From Proteromonas lacertae (Eukaryota), in the NCBI GenBank assembly GCA_002245135.1, contig NGBS01001187.1:1-64000 (forward strand): 64,000 nt of DNA, in the 5' to 3' direction. Both the position numbers and the translations under genes were made by a program. The notes under the pieces were generated by a model. That model ran no database searches and was not told where the DNA came from. It worked only from the letters and a program-made list of their open reading frames with translations. Of the stretch, positions 1-12,707 are shown piece after piece; position 1 is the stretch's first letter, and the number at the start of each line of letters is the position of its first letter.

Positions 1-1
1 T

Positions 2-928
2 GACAAATTAGTATTAAGAAGTGAATCTGTTTGGATTGTAGAATTTTTCGTCCGTATAATAACTAATTACACAAATTTACTGTATAGATGGTGTGGTCAT
101 TGTAAAGCATTTAAAGATGAATATGAAAAAGCTGCAAAAGCTTTAACAGGAGTAGTTCATGTCGCTGCTGTAGATGCAACAGTTGAGCAAGAATTAGCTC
201 AAAGATTCCAGATTCAAGGTTATCCAACAGTAAAAATCTTTGGATTAAATAAAAACAAGCCAACTGATTATCAAGGTGCAAGAGAAGGCAAAGCTGTAGC
301 AACTGCTGGTTTAAAAGCTGCTAAAGAAGCTGTATCAGCTCGTCTAAACGGTAAATCAAAACCAAAACACTGGGAACATGCCAAAGCAACAGCTGGTGGT
401 AAAGGCTCTTCAAGTAAAGGTGATGAATCATCAAATGCATCGTCAAACGAAGAAATGATGTAAAATTAAGCACAGTCCCATCTGTGTCTATGGAATTAAC
501 CAATCAAACAATATTCGATGAATGGTGTAATGGAAAGTTAATTTGCATAATTTCTTTCTTACCTGATCTATTAGATAGTCATAAAGCTGGTAGAGAAGCT
601 GAAATTGCCATATTAGATCAATTAGCTGAGGTACAAAACGTAAACCATTCGTTTTCTTCTGGGAAGAAGGTGGTAAATTCTATGATTTTGAACAAGCTTT
701 AAATCTCAATTTTGGATATCCAGCTACAGTAGCTATTAATAAAGAGAAAGGTAGATATGCTGTACATACTGGATCCTTCACTTTTGATAGTATAAAATTG
801 TTTTTGACTGGATTATCAAGCGGAAGTGTTAGAACAATCCCAACCCCCAAATTACCAGAATTACCAACAATTCATGGGATGGACAAGATAAGCAAGAAGA
901 ACCTGTAGAAGACTTAGAAGAAAATTAA
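2..928 (+). CDS. Protein disulfide isomerase, P5/PDIA6-like (5' part outside window; several apparent indels)
   Basis: DKLVLRSESVWIVEFF, a short intron, then WCGHCKAFKDEYEKAAKALTGVVHVAAVDA...QGYPTVKIFG (thioredoxin domain). A P5-type C-terminal domain follows (LICIISFLPDLLDS...NFGYPATVAINKEKGRYAVHTGSFT). TAA at 926-928. Confidence 0.88.
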
Positions 929-1177
929 ATTTGTTCTTATTTTATATTTTTTTTATAAATTTTAATTTGGTTAAATGGTGTGTATGTAATATCAAATGAT
1001 TTAACATTGTCTTATTAAACAGTATTTTTTTAAATTGAGACAAGCCTGCATCAAACCACTCTTTGTCATTTTTAAAAGAGGATTGAAAGTAAATAATATT
1101 CTAACAGATATATTATTCAAAGCATTCAATATTCCAAAAGAAATCTCGCTCCAACTCACAGTTCATTCATTTTAGAA

Positions 1178-4100
1178 ATGCAATTGTCATATAGTGCAAG
1201 TGACTTGACAGATTTTATCAGAAGAATTGTATTAAATATAAAATTAATTCATATAGCCCTGATCCTGAGACACAAACTACAGAATTCCTGGAGACAGTAA
1301 TTAAAAGATGTGCATCTAGTATTAAAAATCTATAATATTGTGACTAGCCCAATCTGTGGATATGAGATGCTTTTCATTATCACATTTTTATGGATTCTCT
1401 TCATCTACTGACTTTTAATGTAAAAGATATTGAAAATATATGGGAATGTACTAATGACTTATTGTATAGTGATAATCTATATGCAAAAGAAGTAAATTTT
1501 CAAATTTGCTGGAAAGATAATGGTTGTATATATAATTAGTATTTATTATTTAATTAGAGTCTGCCTGTACCGCCACTATTTCATCATGATATGTTTCTTT
1601 TCTTCTTAAAGACTAACGATGACTGGAAATTGAAGTTTGACTATTTATCTCAGTTAATTACTAATAATTTGCCTGCCCACCAATCTCTGAGTAAAGAATT
1701 ATGTATAATTGGAATTAATTGGCTAAAATGTGGCAGATGAAGAATATTTAACATCAATATATATTATAATGGAAAGAGCTATTAGGCGATATTCCAAGTT
1801 ATTTCGTAATTCATTTTTCTATACTTTTTATCACTACTCCTATCAATATCCTTTTCTTTTTTTTTTGTAATATAAATTTAAATTAGATTCACCTTAATAT
1901 TTTGTTTAATCTTTTTAATTTAAAATTAGATTCATGCCAAGTAATTTCATGTAAAGAGTTCTGTTCATTCATTGAAGCAGTTCACGATAATGATGTAATA
2001 TATGAATGTGCAAATCCAAAATATCTATCCGTTATAATCAAAATGTCATTTTTACGATTATTCCATTTTAAAAGTATTTGACCATTTAGGCTATACCAGA
2101 CAAATATCTTGTTACGATTCTCTGTAATTTATTAATTATGCTAAATGATGAAAATTACTCAATAGATGTAAAATACGGCATAATAGTCGTAATAGAGCAA
2201 TATTACTTATCAAATCCAGTGACTAAAACAAAGATTGACATTAGAGTGATTTTACAGCATTATTATGATTATATTAGAGGATTTGATAGTTATAATAATA
2301 ATAAAATAATACCACGATCTCACTTTTTATGTACAAACAATATACTATCATCTATTGTACATTTCTTCAATTCTAAGAAGATAGACTTTTGTTTTATTGA
2401 TTATGAATTGATGTTGGATATATTGATACTCTGTTTAAACAGATACGATGAGTTAATAGGTGAAGGTAAACCTGAGAATAGTTTAATAATGAAAATAAGA
2501 CCAAATGATTTTGATGTATCCATAGATGCATTTAAAGTGAATATAGTCAATTGTTATGAATATTTATCACTAGTAGAATTTGAACAATATTCTAATGGAA
2601 CTAAAAAGTATTTGAATTTAAAAGACTAGTAAGAAATAGGAATTGGTCTATTAATGCAAATGTTAAATCATTTATATTAAAAAGTGAAGTGCAAAATTTG
2701 AATTTGGAGAAAAGTAATTTTGTTGGATTCTTGAAGGAATTTGCATCATTTTATATTGATGAAGATAATAATGAGATTTCTAATAATAATAATAATAATA
2801 ATAATATAATAGAAAATGAATTACAATCTGAAGCTATTTTACTATTAAGAGATATATATTTAAAGGTACATCAAATATATGATGAAGAGTTTATTATAAA
2901 TGTTATTATACCACATATAAAGAAGTTGTTCTTATCACAACAAGGTATTCAAATCATAGCGACATTATGGAAGAAATGTAAAATAAGTGTTTTTCCACAA
3001 TTTATAAAAGAAACGGATAAAATTTTAGAAGTTCCAATTTTGAAGAACGTTGAGTGGTTAAATTATGTTATGGCATTATTCAATTATTTACTTTTAAGTC
3101 TATGTAAAAATCATAAAACTAAAAATGTATTGATATTATACAAGTATTTTATCCAATTGTTTCAAAGGCTGAACATCCAATTATTCATTATCATTTATTG
3201 AAATATTTTCAATTAATAGAATGTGATTATCACAATCATTTCGTATTGTCAGTTAAAGATACTAATGGAAGTGTATATAATTATATATTATACGATTCTA
3301 CATGTAATATTGACGAGTATAATAAGAATCCTAAATTAATCTATTTTGATATTCCACCACTACTTCAAACATTATGTAATTTTATAACAGGTCAAAAGAT
3401 ATATCAATTATTAATCAGCAGTATTATTACCTTAACAAAACTAGTTTCATTTCCTATATTCTTAAAGAATTATAGTTTGACAAACTTAGTTGATAGTTTA
3501 TCATATATAATTCACTCTCCTACTGGTTTATTCCGTTTACCTAAAGATGTATTAAGTGATGATTATGATGATGATAGTGAAGATCGTAATGATAGCAGTA
3601 ATAATAATGATGATGTGAGAGATGTTAATGATAATGGAGATATAGAAGGAAATGAATCTGATACAATTAAGACTAATTTAACTAGTAGAAATAGAAATGG
3701 TACAATTGATAGTACAAATAATAATGATAATGAAGATATTGTTGATTTAGATCCTAAATATTTTAAAGAGAATGATAGCTATAAGTTATTGAATGAATAT
3801 ATACCAACTACTAAGGAAGAAATCTCTAGAATTCAGAATAAATGTTATATTCTCTTAGCTGATTTATCTATTTATAATAATCAAATGAGTACAAAAGATG
3901 CTGATACAATATTTAAGAATCTAACAGATGCAATGAATAATATATTTCATCAAATCAGACACTATGATGTATTAAGCAATAACAGTGATAGTGATACAAT
4001 GTTAATAATATCAAGGAAAAGAGCAACTTCAACCTGTACAACTACATTAAGGACAAGATTCAATTCAATAGCAAGTGAAAGAGGAGGAAATGGAAATGGA

Positions 4101-7100
4101 AATAATTGTAATAGCAATTTTAGTAGTAATAATGGTCCAGTAATACATCAAGAATCTTTAAGTGATTATACACCTGAATCTAATAAGAATTTCAGTATTT
4201 ATAATAATAATAATAATGGTACTTCAAATTCTGATTATACATCCATATTATATGATTCACAGTTGGTGTTAAGACATCTTTTATACGCTTTAATCTCCTT
4301 TATTGTGAAATCACCTTTACACTTTAGTCTATCTGATTGTTTAGTTTATTTACCTGATTTTATACTACAAATGAATATGACACAGGATGAATATCCATTA
4401 CCATTACTGATAATGTCATTATCTCAATGTGCTGACTATATATATAATGAAATAAGAATAAAAGGATATGATATAAATACTTACTACTCATTAATTGAAG
4501 AATGGATAATGAGAATAACTGACATTACTGTCGCAGTGTTACAGTTGGAGAAAGATTGTACAACTGTTGATTTTTTAATACTTCAAACTATTAGAGTGTA
4601 TATAAAATGGTTAAATGAATGTCCTCATTCTATTGCAGCTAAATCTGCAGAAAAAGTATTTCCATATTTATTGAAAAGACAACATTCTAAGAATTGTTTA
4701 ACTTCTACAGTTGCTATAGAGTTATTATATGAAGTATTTTCACCTTATAAATTACAGAAATACCCTCCACCAGTGGATTCTTTAGTATTTAGTGATAAAA
4801 TCAAAGTTAATGATAAAGAATATTCAGCAGTTTCACATTATATATATAAGAATATGTTAATTACATTAAGATATGGTTTGATCAATGTAATATTAGTGAC
4901 AATTAGAAAAACATATGGAGTATCACAATATGTAGTTGAATTAGATAACATTACAACTTCCAATAATTCCATAAGATATTTACCTGAATTTAATGTAAAT
5001 TACCAACAACAATTATTCCAACAAAACCAACAAGCTCAAACTATACAAAAGAGAAAACATTCTTCTTCAGTTACAACACCTCAATCACCATCTCCATTTT
5101 ATACACAAATAGCTAATAGTATTAATAATCCAATATACCATTTAAATATACCACTTGATTATAACCAAGGTAGTGATAGTAATGCATCAGATACAAGTAA
5201 TAGTAACAGTGCAAGATCAACACCATCCTTTACACCCTTACCAAACACACAATTGAACTATATGAATCAACAAACACAGAAATATTCAGATCAACCACAG
5301 CAATTTATACATTCCAAACAATCTCAGACTTTACCACAACAATCTATACCATTACTTACTATTCCAACCACTTCTAAAGATCCATTATTAATGATATCAT
5401 CATCATTACAATCATCTTCACCAGGTATACCATCTTCCATTAAATTCCCACCATCTACTCTTTCAACAATTGCTGAAGCTAATAATAGTTGTAGAACAGA
5501 AGATGCTTTATCATGTGATTCAAGAAATGCAAGTGATTATATGAATAGCCCCAGTTGTGGAAGATGTAGTCCAACTGTCTTTAGTGATTTAAGTGTTTCT
5601 TCTTCAAAAGAAAGAGCATTATCTGATGATTCTATTAAATTAAGTAAAGGCTTGACTGACACATTGAATCATCATAGTTCTGCATATTCTACTGATTCTG
5701 ATAATACTCCTGTTGATTTGCCAAGTGGTTTGATTGATTTGAGTGAAAGAGATGATATGAATGGTTTGTTTAGAATGACAGGATCATTAGGTGATTTACA
5801 TTCAAATAATTCATCCTCTACTGATAATTCATTAACTACAATAACAAGTACTTCAGCATCAGCAAATACAACAACAACTACTACAGCTACAACTACAAAT
5901 ACAGTAGCAACAATACCAAACAGTATTAATGGATTACCTGTTAGTAAAAATAAGAGTTATTTCAAACAACACTCTAATCCAGAATCATTACGTACTTTAT
6001 CCTCAAAAATAGTAAGAGAAAGTGATATTCCAACAAAAAAGATAAGAAAAGTATATTCTGAAGTATTTCGACAATCATCCTATGATAGAATCAGATCATT
6101 ATCTCATGATTCAAGTTATTCACATTTTAAGAAAGATCATAGAAAAATGAAAGATTTACACTCAAGAAGAACTTCATCAATAGGTAATAGTGATGGTGAT
6201 CATCAATCCTCATCAGATAAGAATAAAAGTGATAAAACTACAAGATATTCAGCTATTTCTCAGTATATATATATTTATAATATTTATAATTATTTCTATT
6301 ATCTTATTTATTAAATAGGAGTGATTCAAATTTAGCAGGAATGTTACAACAAAAAATCGATCAACAAATAATGGAATCTCCAATGTCAGTATCTAGGAGA
6401 TCAATAGTTATATTACCCTCTGTCACTACATCAACAGGAGGAATAGATAATAATAACAGTAATAATGGTGTTGATGATATAAACAATAATGGTCAATTAC
6501 CAGTAGGAAGAAACAGTAAAAACAGTTTAGTTTCATCAGAATATTACTGCAATAGTAGTAACCACAGTAGTGCTAATAATCTAATATTGCCAAGTAGCGC
6601 TTTACCTGATACTAATGGTACTTATTATAATTCATGTTCCTTTGATGATACTAATAGTAGCAATAGTGAAAGTTCATTGGGTGATTCATCATCCAATAGA
6701 AATAGAAATGAGAATAATAATAAATTATTTTCCACTACATCTCCACCTGCTTTGAGAGGTAAGAATAATTGTGCATTTGATATTTTACTGGAAAATAATG
6801 AATCATCATCATCAGATTCTACACTATTCAATGAATCTTATAAACTCAAACCTATTCAAACTCCACCAGCATCATTTACATTATCTCCAAAACACATTAA
6901 TCAAATACCCAAAATATCATTAGAAGATGAAGAAATTAATAATAATAATAATAACAGTAGCAGCAATACTGAGGAAGATAATAATAACAATCAAGGAAGT
7001 GATTTAGCTGATAGTGAATTTAGAGTATCAGAATTCTCATCATCACTTCGTTCAGAAGCCATTTTAACACCACCAAATCCATATATTATACGTATAAACA

Positions 7101-8263
7101 TACACTTTTTGTTAATATTATTAAATAGAATCTGAATTTAGCGCATTAGATATGGAATTGTTACAGAAAAAGACTCATAAGCACCACAGACATCATAGAC
7201 ATCATAAGAATCGTAATAATAATAATAATAACATGGAAATGTCACCAAGAGATGATAATTTATCACTCAATCCAGCAACTACACAGACAATCTTATCAAG
7301 TCATTTTAAAAAACCATTTATTGATATACAAAGTTTAGGATTGATTGATCCATTAGGATCTTGTTTATCGTATATTTTATTGATATTTTATTAATATAAT
7401 AGACATTGGGGTATATTAAATGGAATATCCAATGAGAATTGTCCATTATTAGTGGAAAATGATAAATCATTAGAAGCATCCATAAAAGTATTAGATCATA
7501 CAAATCCAAAATGTTGTCACAAAATTGGTGTTTTATATGCAAAATCAAATCAATTCGATGAATGGGAAATATATAAAAATACAAGTGGTTGTGTAGAATA
7601 TGAAGAATTCTTACAGAAATTGGGTAAATATTATAAACTATCGAAAATTGATCCAAATAAAATGTATTTAGGAGGTTTAAGTCAATATGGTTCAGATGGT
7701 GAAATTGTTTTGATTAATTCTGTTTCTACTAGTGAAGTTGTATTTCATGTTACTACTTTATTTCCTACAAATAACTCTGTATATATATATTAATTATTAT
7801 TTATTTTATAAATATAGGATGAGAATCATTTAAAAGAATCTCTAATCAATAAGAAGAAACATCTTGGAAATGATTTTGTGAATATTATATATACATTCAA
7901 TCAACAATTATTCCAAAGATCAGTATATATATTATTTATTATTATTATGAATAGTGTCCATTCAAAACGAATTTCACAAGTGTTTTTATCACAGTAACTC
8001 CAATCAGTGAGAATTATGTTAAAGTGTTAGTTTATGGTAAAGAAGGAATTCCACCGTTTGGTCCATTGATGTTAGGAACTTATATATTATCTAATGATGT
8101 AGCTCCACAGTTGGTATTACAAACTGCAGTGAATGCTGATATTGTTTGTAGATTTATATATGAAGATATTATTGGTCCAGTTTTATCTGTACAAGAAAGA
8201 GCAGAACAATTGAGTAAATTATATAATAAAATAAAGCAAACATGTCCTCGTCCATTAAAATAG
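1178..8263 (+). CDS. Large Rap-GAP-domain protein, tuberin/TSC2-like (multi-exon; start approximate; frameshifts in 5' part)
   Basis: Spliced C-terminus HKIGVLYAK...YEEFLQKLG...KMYLGGLSQYGSDGE...VVFHVTTLFPT...KKKHLGNDFVNIIY matches the TSC2/RalGAP-alpha GAP domain with the GNDFV asparagine thumb. A long helical and S/N-rich region precedes it. Confidence 0.8.
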
Positions 8264-8421
8264 AATATGTACTTTTAAAAATAATGAAAATAATAAATGA
8301 TTTGCATGATTTTTTCTATATTTCATAATTTTATTTTTGTTGGGTTTTATTTAAAAAATAGAATAAAAATAAAGAAGTTATAGAATATAATTTTAAAACT
8401 ATTAATAATAAAAAGTCATTT

Positions 8422-9547
8422 TTAACATTTCTTTACTGATAATAAAGTAATTGAATCATTTTCAGATACTAACTCAACAAATGGGTATAATGGGTATTGA
8501 ATGGATGTGAATATAGAATTATATTGTTTTCCATTTATAATATAATTCATATATCTATTTTTCAAATCAAATATAACTTCTAATACATCACCAGTAACCA
8601 ATGATGTACTGTAATTATTATTAGCTCCTGAACCATATCTTGTAATTGTATTTGTTTTAAAACCAATTGTGTGAGTATTACTTTGGTTATAAAGATTGTT
8701 TTCTACATAATTTTCAATTGTTGTTCCTCCAATTCTTATTTCCCCATAAGAATTAAATCGATTGATCTTAAATGTAAAATGATATTCTTCTCCACTATTC
8801 ATTACAGTGTTTAAATAACAATGCGAAACTGTTTCACTATCTTCATTCTTTGTGATTGTATAACCATCATGCAATATTTTTATCATTTTACTATAATAGT
8901 CTGATTGGAAATTAACAATTCTCACTGATAATGAAATTTTGGTGGTTTGTTTTCCAAGAACATTTTCACAAGTTACTTCATATTCTGTCTTTTCACATAA
9001 TGTTTCTGGTTCACCAGATATTATGCCACTGCATTTGTCAATTGATAATCCTGATGGTAAATTTGGTTCTATACTGTATTTACATCCTCTTGGAGTTTGG
9101 TTTGATGGAATTTCTACTTTTACTCCTTCGACATGAATAATATCTAACAAATTATTGTTATATGAGAAACTTGGTGGAGATGATAGTATATTTTCTACAT
9201 TAGAATTATCACCTTTTATTTCTTTAATTAAAGCAAAGTCTTCATAAACAAATGGTAAAGAACTGATATAGTTTGTGATTCTACTTCTTACATTTGAACT
9301 ATTCAAATATTCTTCATAGAATGTATAGATTCTAGCAATCAATTCACAACTACTATTGTAGTATATTATATGGAAATATTCATCAATCTTGTAATTATCA
9401 GAACAGATGTTATTATTAAAGAATATTGTTAATGCTTTGGCAGTTATCTGTTTCATATTATTTCTTTTTGTTGTTTCATGACATTCTGATAATTTCTTTA
9501 TCAAACAGTATAGTTTCTTTGTATCTTTCTCTATAATATAAACATTA

Positions 9548-9590
<43 letters not shown>

Positions 9591-10633
9591 ATAATCGATG
9601 TTTAATCTTATCATCAATACAAATGTTATTGCGATAATTAATGGATTGTTATTCTCTAACAATGTAGGAATAAGTTCATCAAATTCATTCAAATACAGAA
9701 AGTGAGTTGTTTCTTCTATGATATATAAATATAAAAATATAATATATACGATCAAGTTGTTCAATATAAACATCATTGAATATGATATCAGCTAAATACT
9801 TGTTCAAATTTTGATTCTTTGTTGGAGTAAAATACATTCTACTTATTTCTGGACTTTTGTTATTATAATTCAATAACTTTGTATCATTAATGATATAACT
9901 CTTTCTTATCATATTTAAATCATTTACATCCAATTCTTTCCAGTTAATGTAATTAAAAACATTTCTAAAACTATCCTGTAAGTCACTCTTTGTTAATACT
10001 TTTTCTTTTGACTTGACAGTATAGTAATAATTAAGAAGATTCTTTAACAAATGATGTTCATCTGCAATTATTAAGTTGGGGATTTTCAATATGTAAATTA
10101 TAGCATCTATCGTATTAGAAAGTATTCTGTTATCTTCTAATAAAATCCATCCATTGTATAAGATAAAATCATTTGTTACATTCATTATATCATTCATCGA
10201 ATTTTCTTGTAATTCTGGTAACATGTTAAGGAAATGATTGACGATCTCTATCGTCATATGATTCAATATGTAATTCTTACATATCTCATATAAATGAAGA
10301 TCTTGGTAACAAAAACACAAAACCATCAAATCACATATCGTATGCTCTTCTAAATCTATTATACCACGACCATAATAAGTCAATAATGCTTTGAATGCAT
10401 CAGCACTAACAAGAGAAGAAATTGGAATTTCAGAATCAGCTTTTGAGTCTTCAATTATTTTTCTCAATGTTTTATTATTCATTGAAATAATGTTTTTAAC
10501 TCCTTTAATTGTTTGATCTTCAACCAGGAAGGAAACATCAGAAAAACCACTTTCAACTAACTGTCCAATCACTCTATAAAATAAATTAAATGCAATTATA
10601 CCCAATACTGTCAGCAACTTGATAGAATTTCAT
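8422..10633 (-). CDS. BTB/POZ-BACK + putative Ig (He_PIG-like) + SPRY/B30.2-like protein, 4 exons
   Basis: ATG at 10633, a 28-nt intron, then GFSDVSFLVEDQ (BTB) and a BACK-like LIIADEHHLLKNLLNYY. YSIEPNLPSGLSIDKCSGIISGEP is the Ig motif; GDVLEVIFDLKNRYMNYIINGK...LYPFVEL is SPRY-like. Confidence 0.8.
9551..9584. repeat. (AT)17 microsatellite inside an intron of the BTB gene
   Basis: Perfect AT run directly after the minus-strand GT donor. Confidence 0.9.
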
Positions 10634-10680
10634 CTCAATTATTACAAATATGTAAAATGCAAATCTTACAAAAAATAATG

Positions 10681-10702
10681 AAACGACTAAAATATTGAAA
10701 CA
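10681..10702. promoter_or_regulatory. 22-nt intergenic element AAACGACTAAAATATTGAAACA, shared with 38698-38719
   Basis: 21/22 identical to 38698-38719. Both copies lie in divergent promoters, 43-48 nt upstream of a minus-strand ATG. Confidence 0.5.
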
Positions 10703-10927
10703 GAGAAATTCAAATCTGAATAAAGATACAACACTTTTAATATCTTAATCTATTTATATAATATCAAATAATATATACTGCTTTATTATGACAAATAATT
10801 CAGATATTTGATTGAATAACCACTTTTTTAAATGTATAACCCCATATATGCCTTTAATTTCACTTGAATAAATACACTGATTCAAGGGATTAATAAATAC
10901 TTTATATTTTGTTGAAGCGTAATTTAC

Positions 10928-12445
10928 ATGTCACAAATTACTCAATTACAAATGTCTTTCCCATTCTTGACTGGATTGACAATTACTGATGAAATTAAAT
11001 CAGGATGTGGCCCAGCTGCACTGTTCCACAGTAATACCCATGAATTCGTCAGATTAATTCCCAGAATAGGAAATGATGATTTGATTCAATATCTTGAAGA
11101 TACTGTATTGAAAACAATATTTTCATTGAAATAGATTCCAAAAATGACAAGTTCATCCTATGCAATAAAACCGAAAATACATAAACCTTTAGTAATAAGT
11201 GGAGTTGAAATAGATTATTTTGTTTTACTCTCCAAACTCTATTCAAGTAATTTAGAAACAGAAATCTTATTAAGAAAGAAAGGCTTAGTTCCTTTCTCAG
11301 AAGATATAATACAAAAATATTTCTTCTGTATCTTAAATGGTTTAAAAGAATATCATCATCGAAATGTATGTCACGGAGGAATCTGTTTATCCTCAATCAT
11401 AATCGATGGCGATAATAATAAAGCTTTGTTAGATATGAATATAAGTAATGCAAAAGGTCGAGATTCAAATGGAGTATGTTATAAAGCGCCAGAACTGTAT
11501 GGTCGATGTGTAGAATATACTTTATCAAGTGATATTTGGAGTGTAGGAATCTTATTATATTATATGTGTTGTTTAAAACCACCATTCTATTCAATATTTG
11601 ATTTATTAAAATGGTATTATTCAAATGAAGAAGATGAAGTTGATTTATCAGAAATGGAAGGTAAATATTCATCTGAATTGTTGACAATAATAAGACAATG
11701 TTTAAGCAAGAAAGAAGAAGATCGTCCAACAATAAATGATTTATTATCTTCACAATATGTGATAGTTGTATTAGAAAGAGGTATTATTAAATAATTATAA
11801 TTGTTTTCATTATAATATTTATAGTATTAACAGGTATAAAATCATTAGATACAATCGTAATGTCTCATTCATATGAACAAGTAATACAAATACAGTTGTC
11901 TTGTATTTAATATTATTATTATTATTATTATGTTTTAATTAGTGGATGAGATAAGAGAAGGTGAAGGAAGTAGAGGTTTAGATAGAATAGCTACAAGATG
12001 TCCAAATCTATTGATATTAGTAATTGGAAGTATTATTTATAATTATTTAATTTTATATTTTTATTTATAATAGCTAAACAGAAAAAGAAAGATAAAGGCT
12101 TACAAAAAATAATTCGTAAATTGAGTATTATATTATTATTATAATTATAATTAGAAAGTGATTGTTTACCTTATGAAGATTCAAAGATAATTGCAGAATT
12201 ATTATTAAAATGTCCCAAATTAACTGAATTCTATGCAACGAGTATATTTAATATAAATAATTGATATTTTATATATAGATCTTGGTTTAGGTGAAAATGG
12301 AGTAAGTGTTTTGTGTGAAGCAGTTTTGAAATGTCCAAATATTACGACGTTTTTTATAGGATATAATGGAGCTGAAGATTCAACAAAAGCTCGATATGCT
12401 CGAATTTTATCAGAATCAAGAAAATGGAAAGAATTGTGGGTGTAA
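10928..12445 (+). CDS. Pseudokinase + C-terminal LRR protein
   Basis: Kinase fold (YKAPELYG, SDIWSVGILLYYMC, DRPTINDLL) with HRD replaced by HGG and DFG by DMN. Phase-1 exons then encode RI-like LRRs (RCPNLLILVI, KCPKLTEFYA, KCPNITTFFIG). TAA at 12443-12445. Confidence 0.8.
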
Positions 12446-12707
12446 ATATTGTAATATTTATTCATTTCTATGACATTTTTATTGTTGATTCTAAAAATAC
12501 ATTAAATACATTAATATGGTGTATTTGTCTATTTTGATTCTCCAAATACATAAAATACTATCACTAATATAGAAATACAATTATCTGATGAATATAAGCT
12601 GTAATCACTGATTATTTTTTATCACTTGAAATCAGTTGAAAAATTCAAAAAAATGTCGTTATTGATTTTATTGGTTGATTCAAAATATATCGTTACAAAA
12701 ATCAAAA

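Noticed and set aside
1..3210. Multiple frameshifts in PDI and the 5' part of the TSC2-like gene (possible programmed frameshifting, editing or pseudogenes)
   Set aside because: They are small indels clustered at the window start in conserved genes, and they become rare after about 3.2 kb. Low-quality consensus is the simplest explanation.
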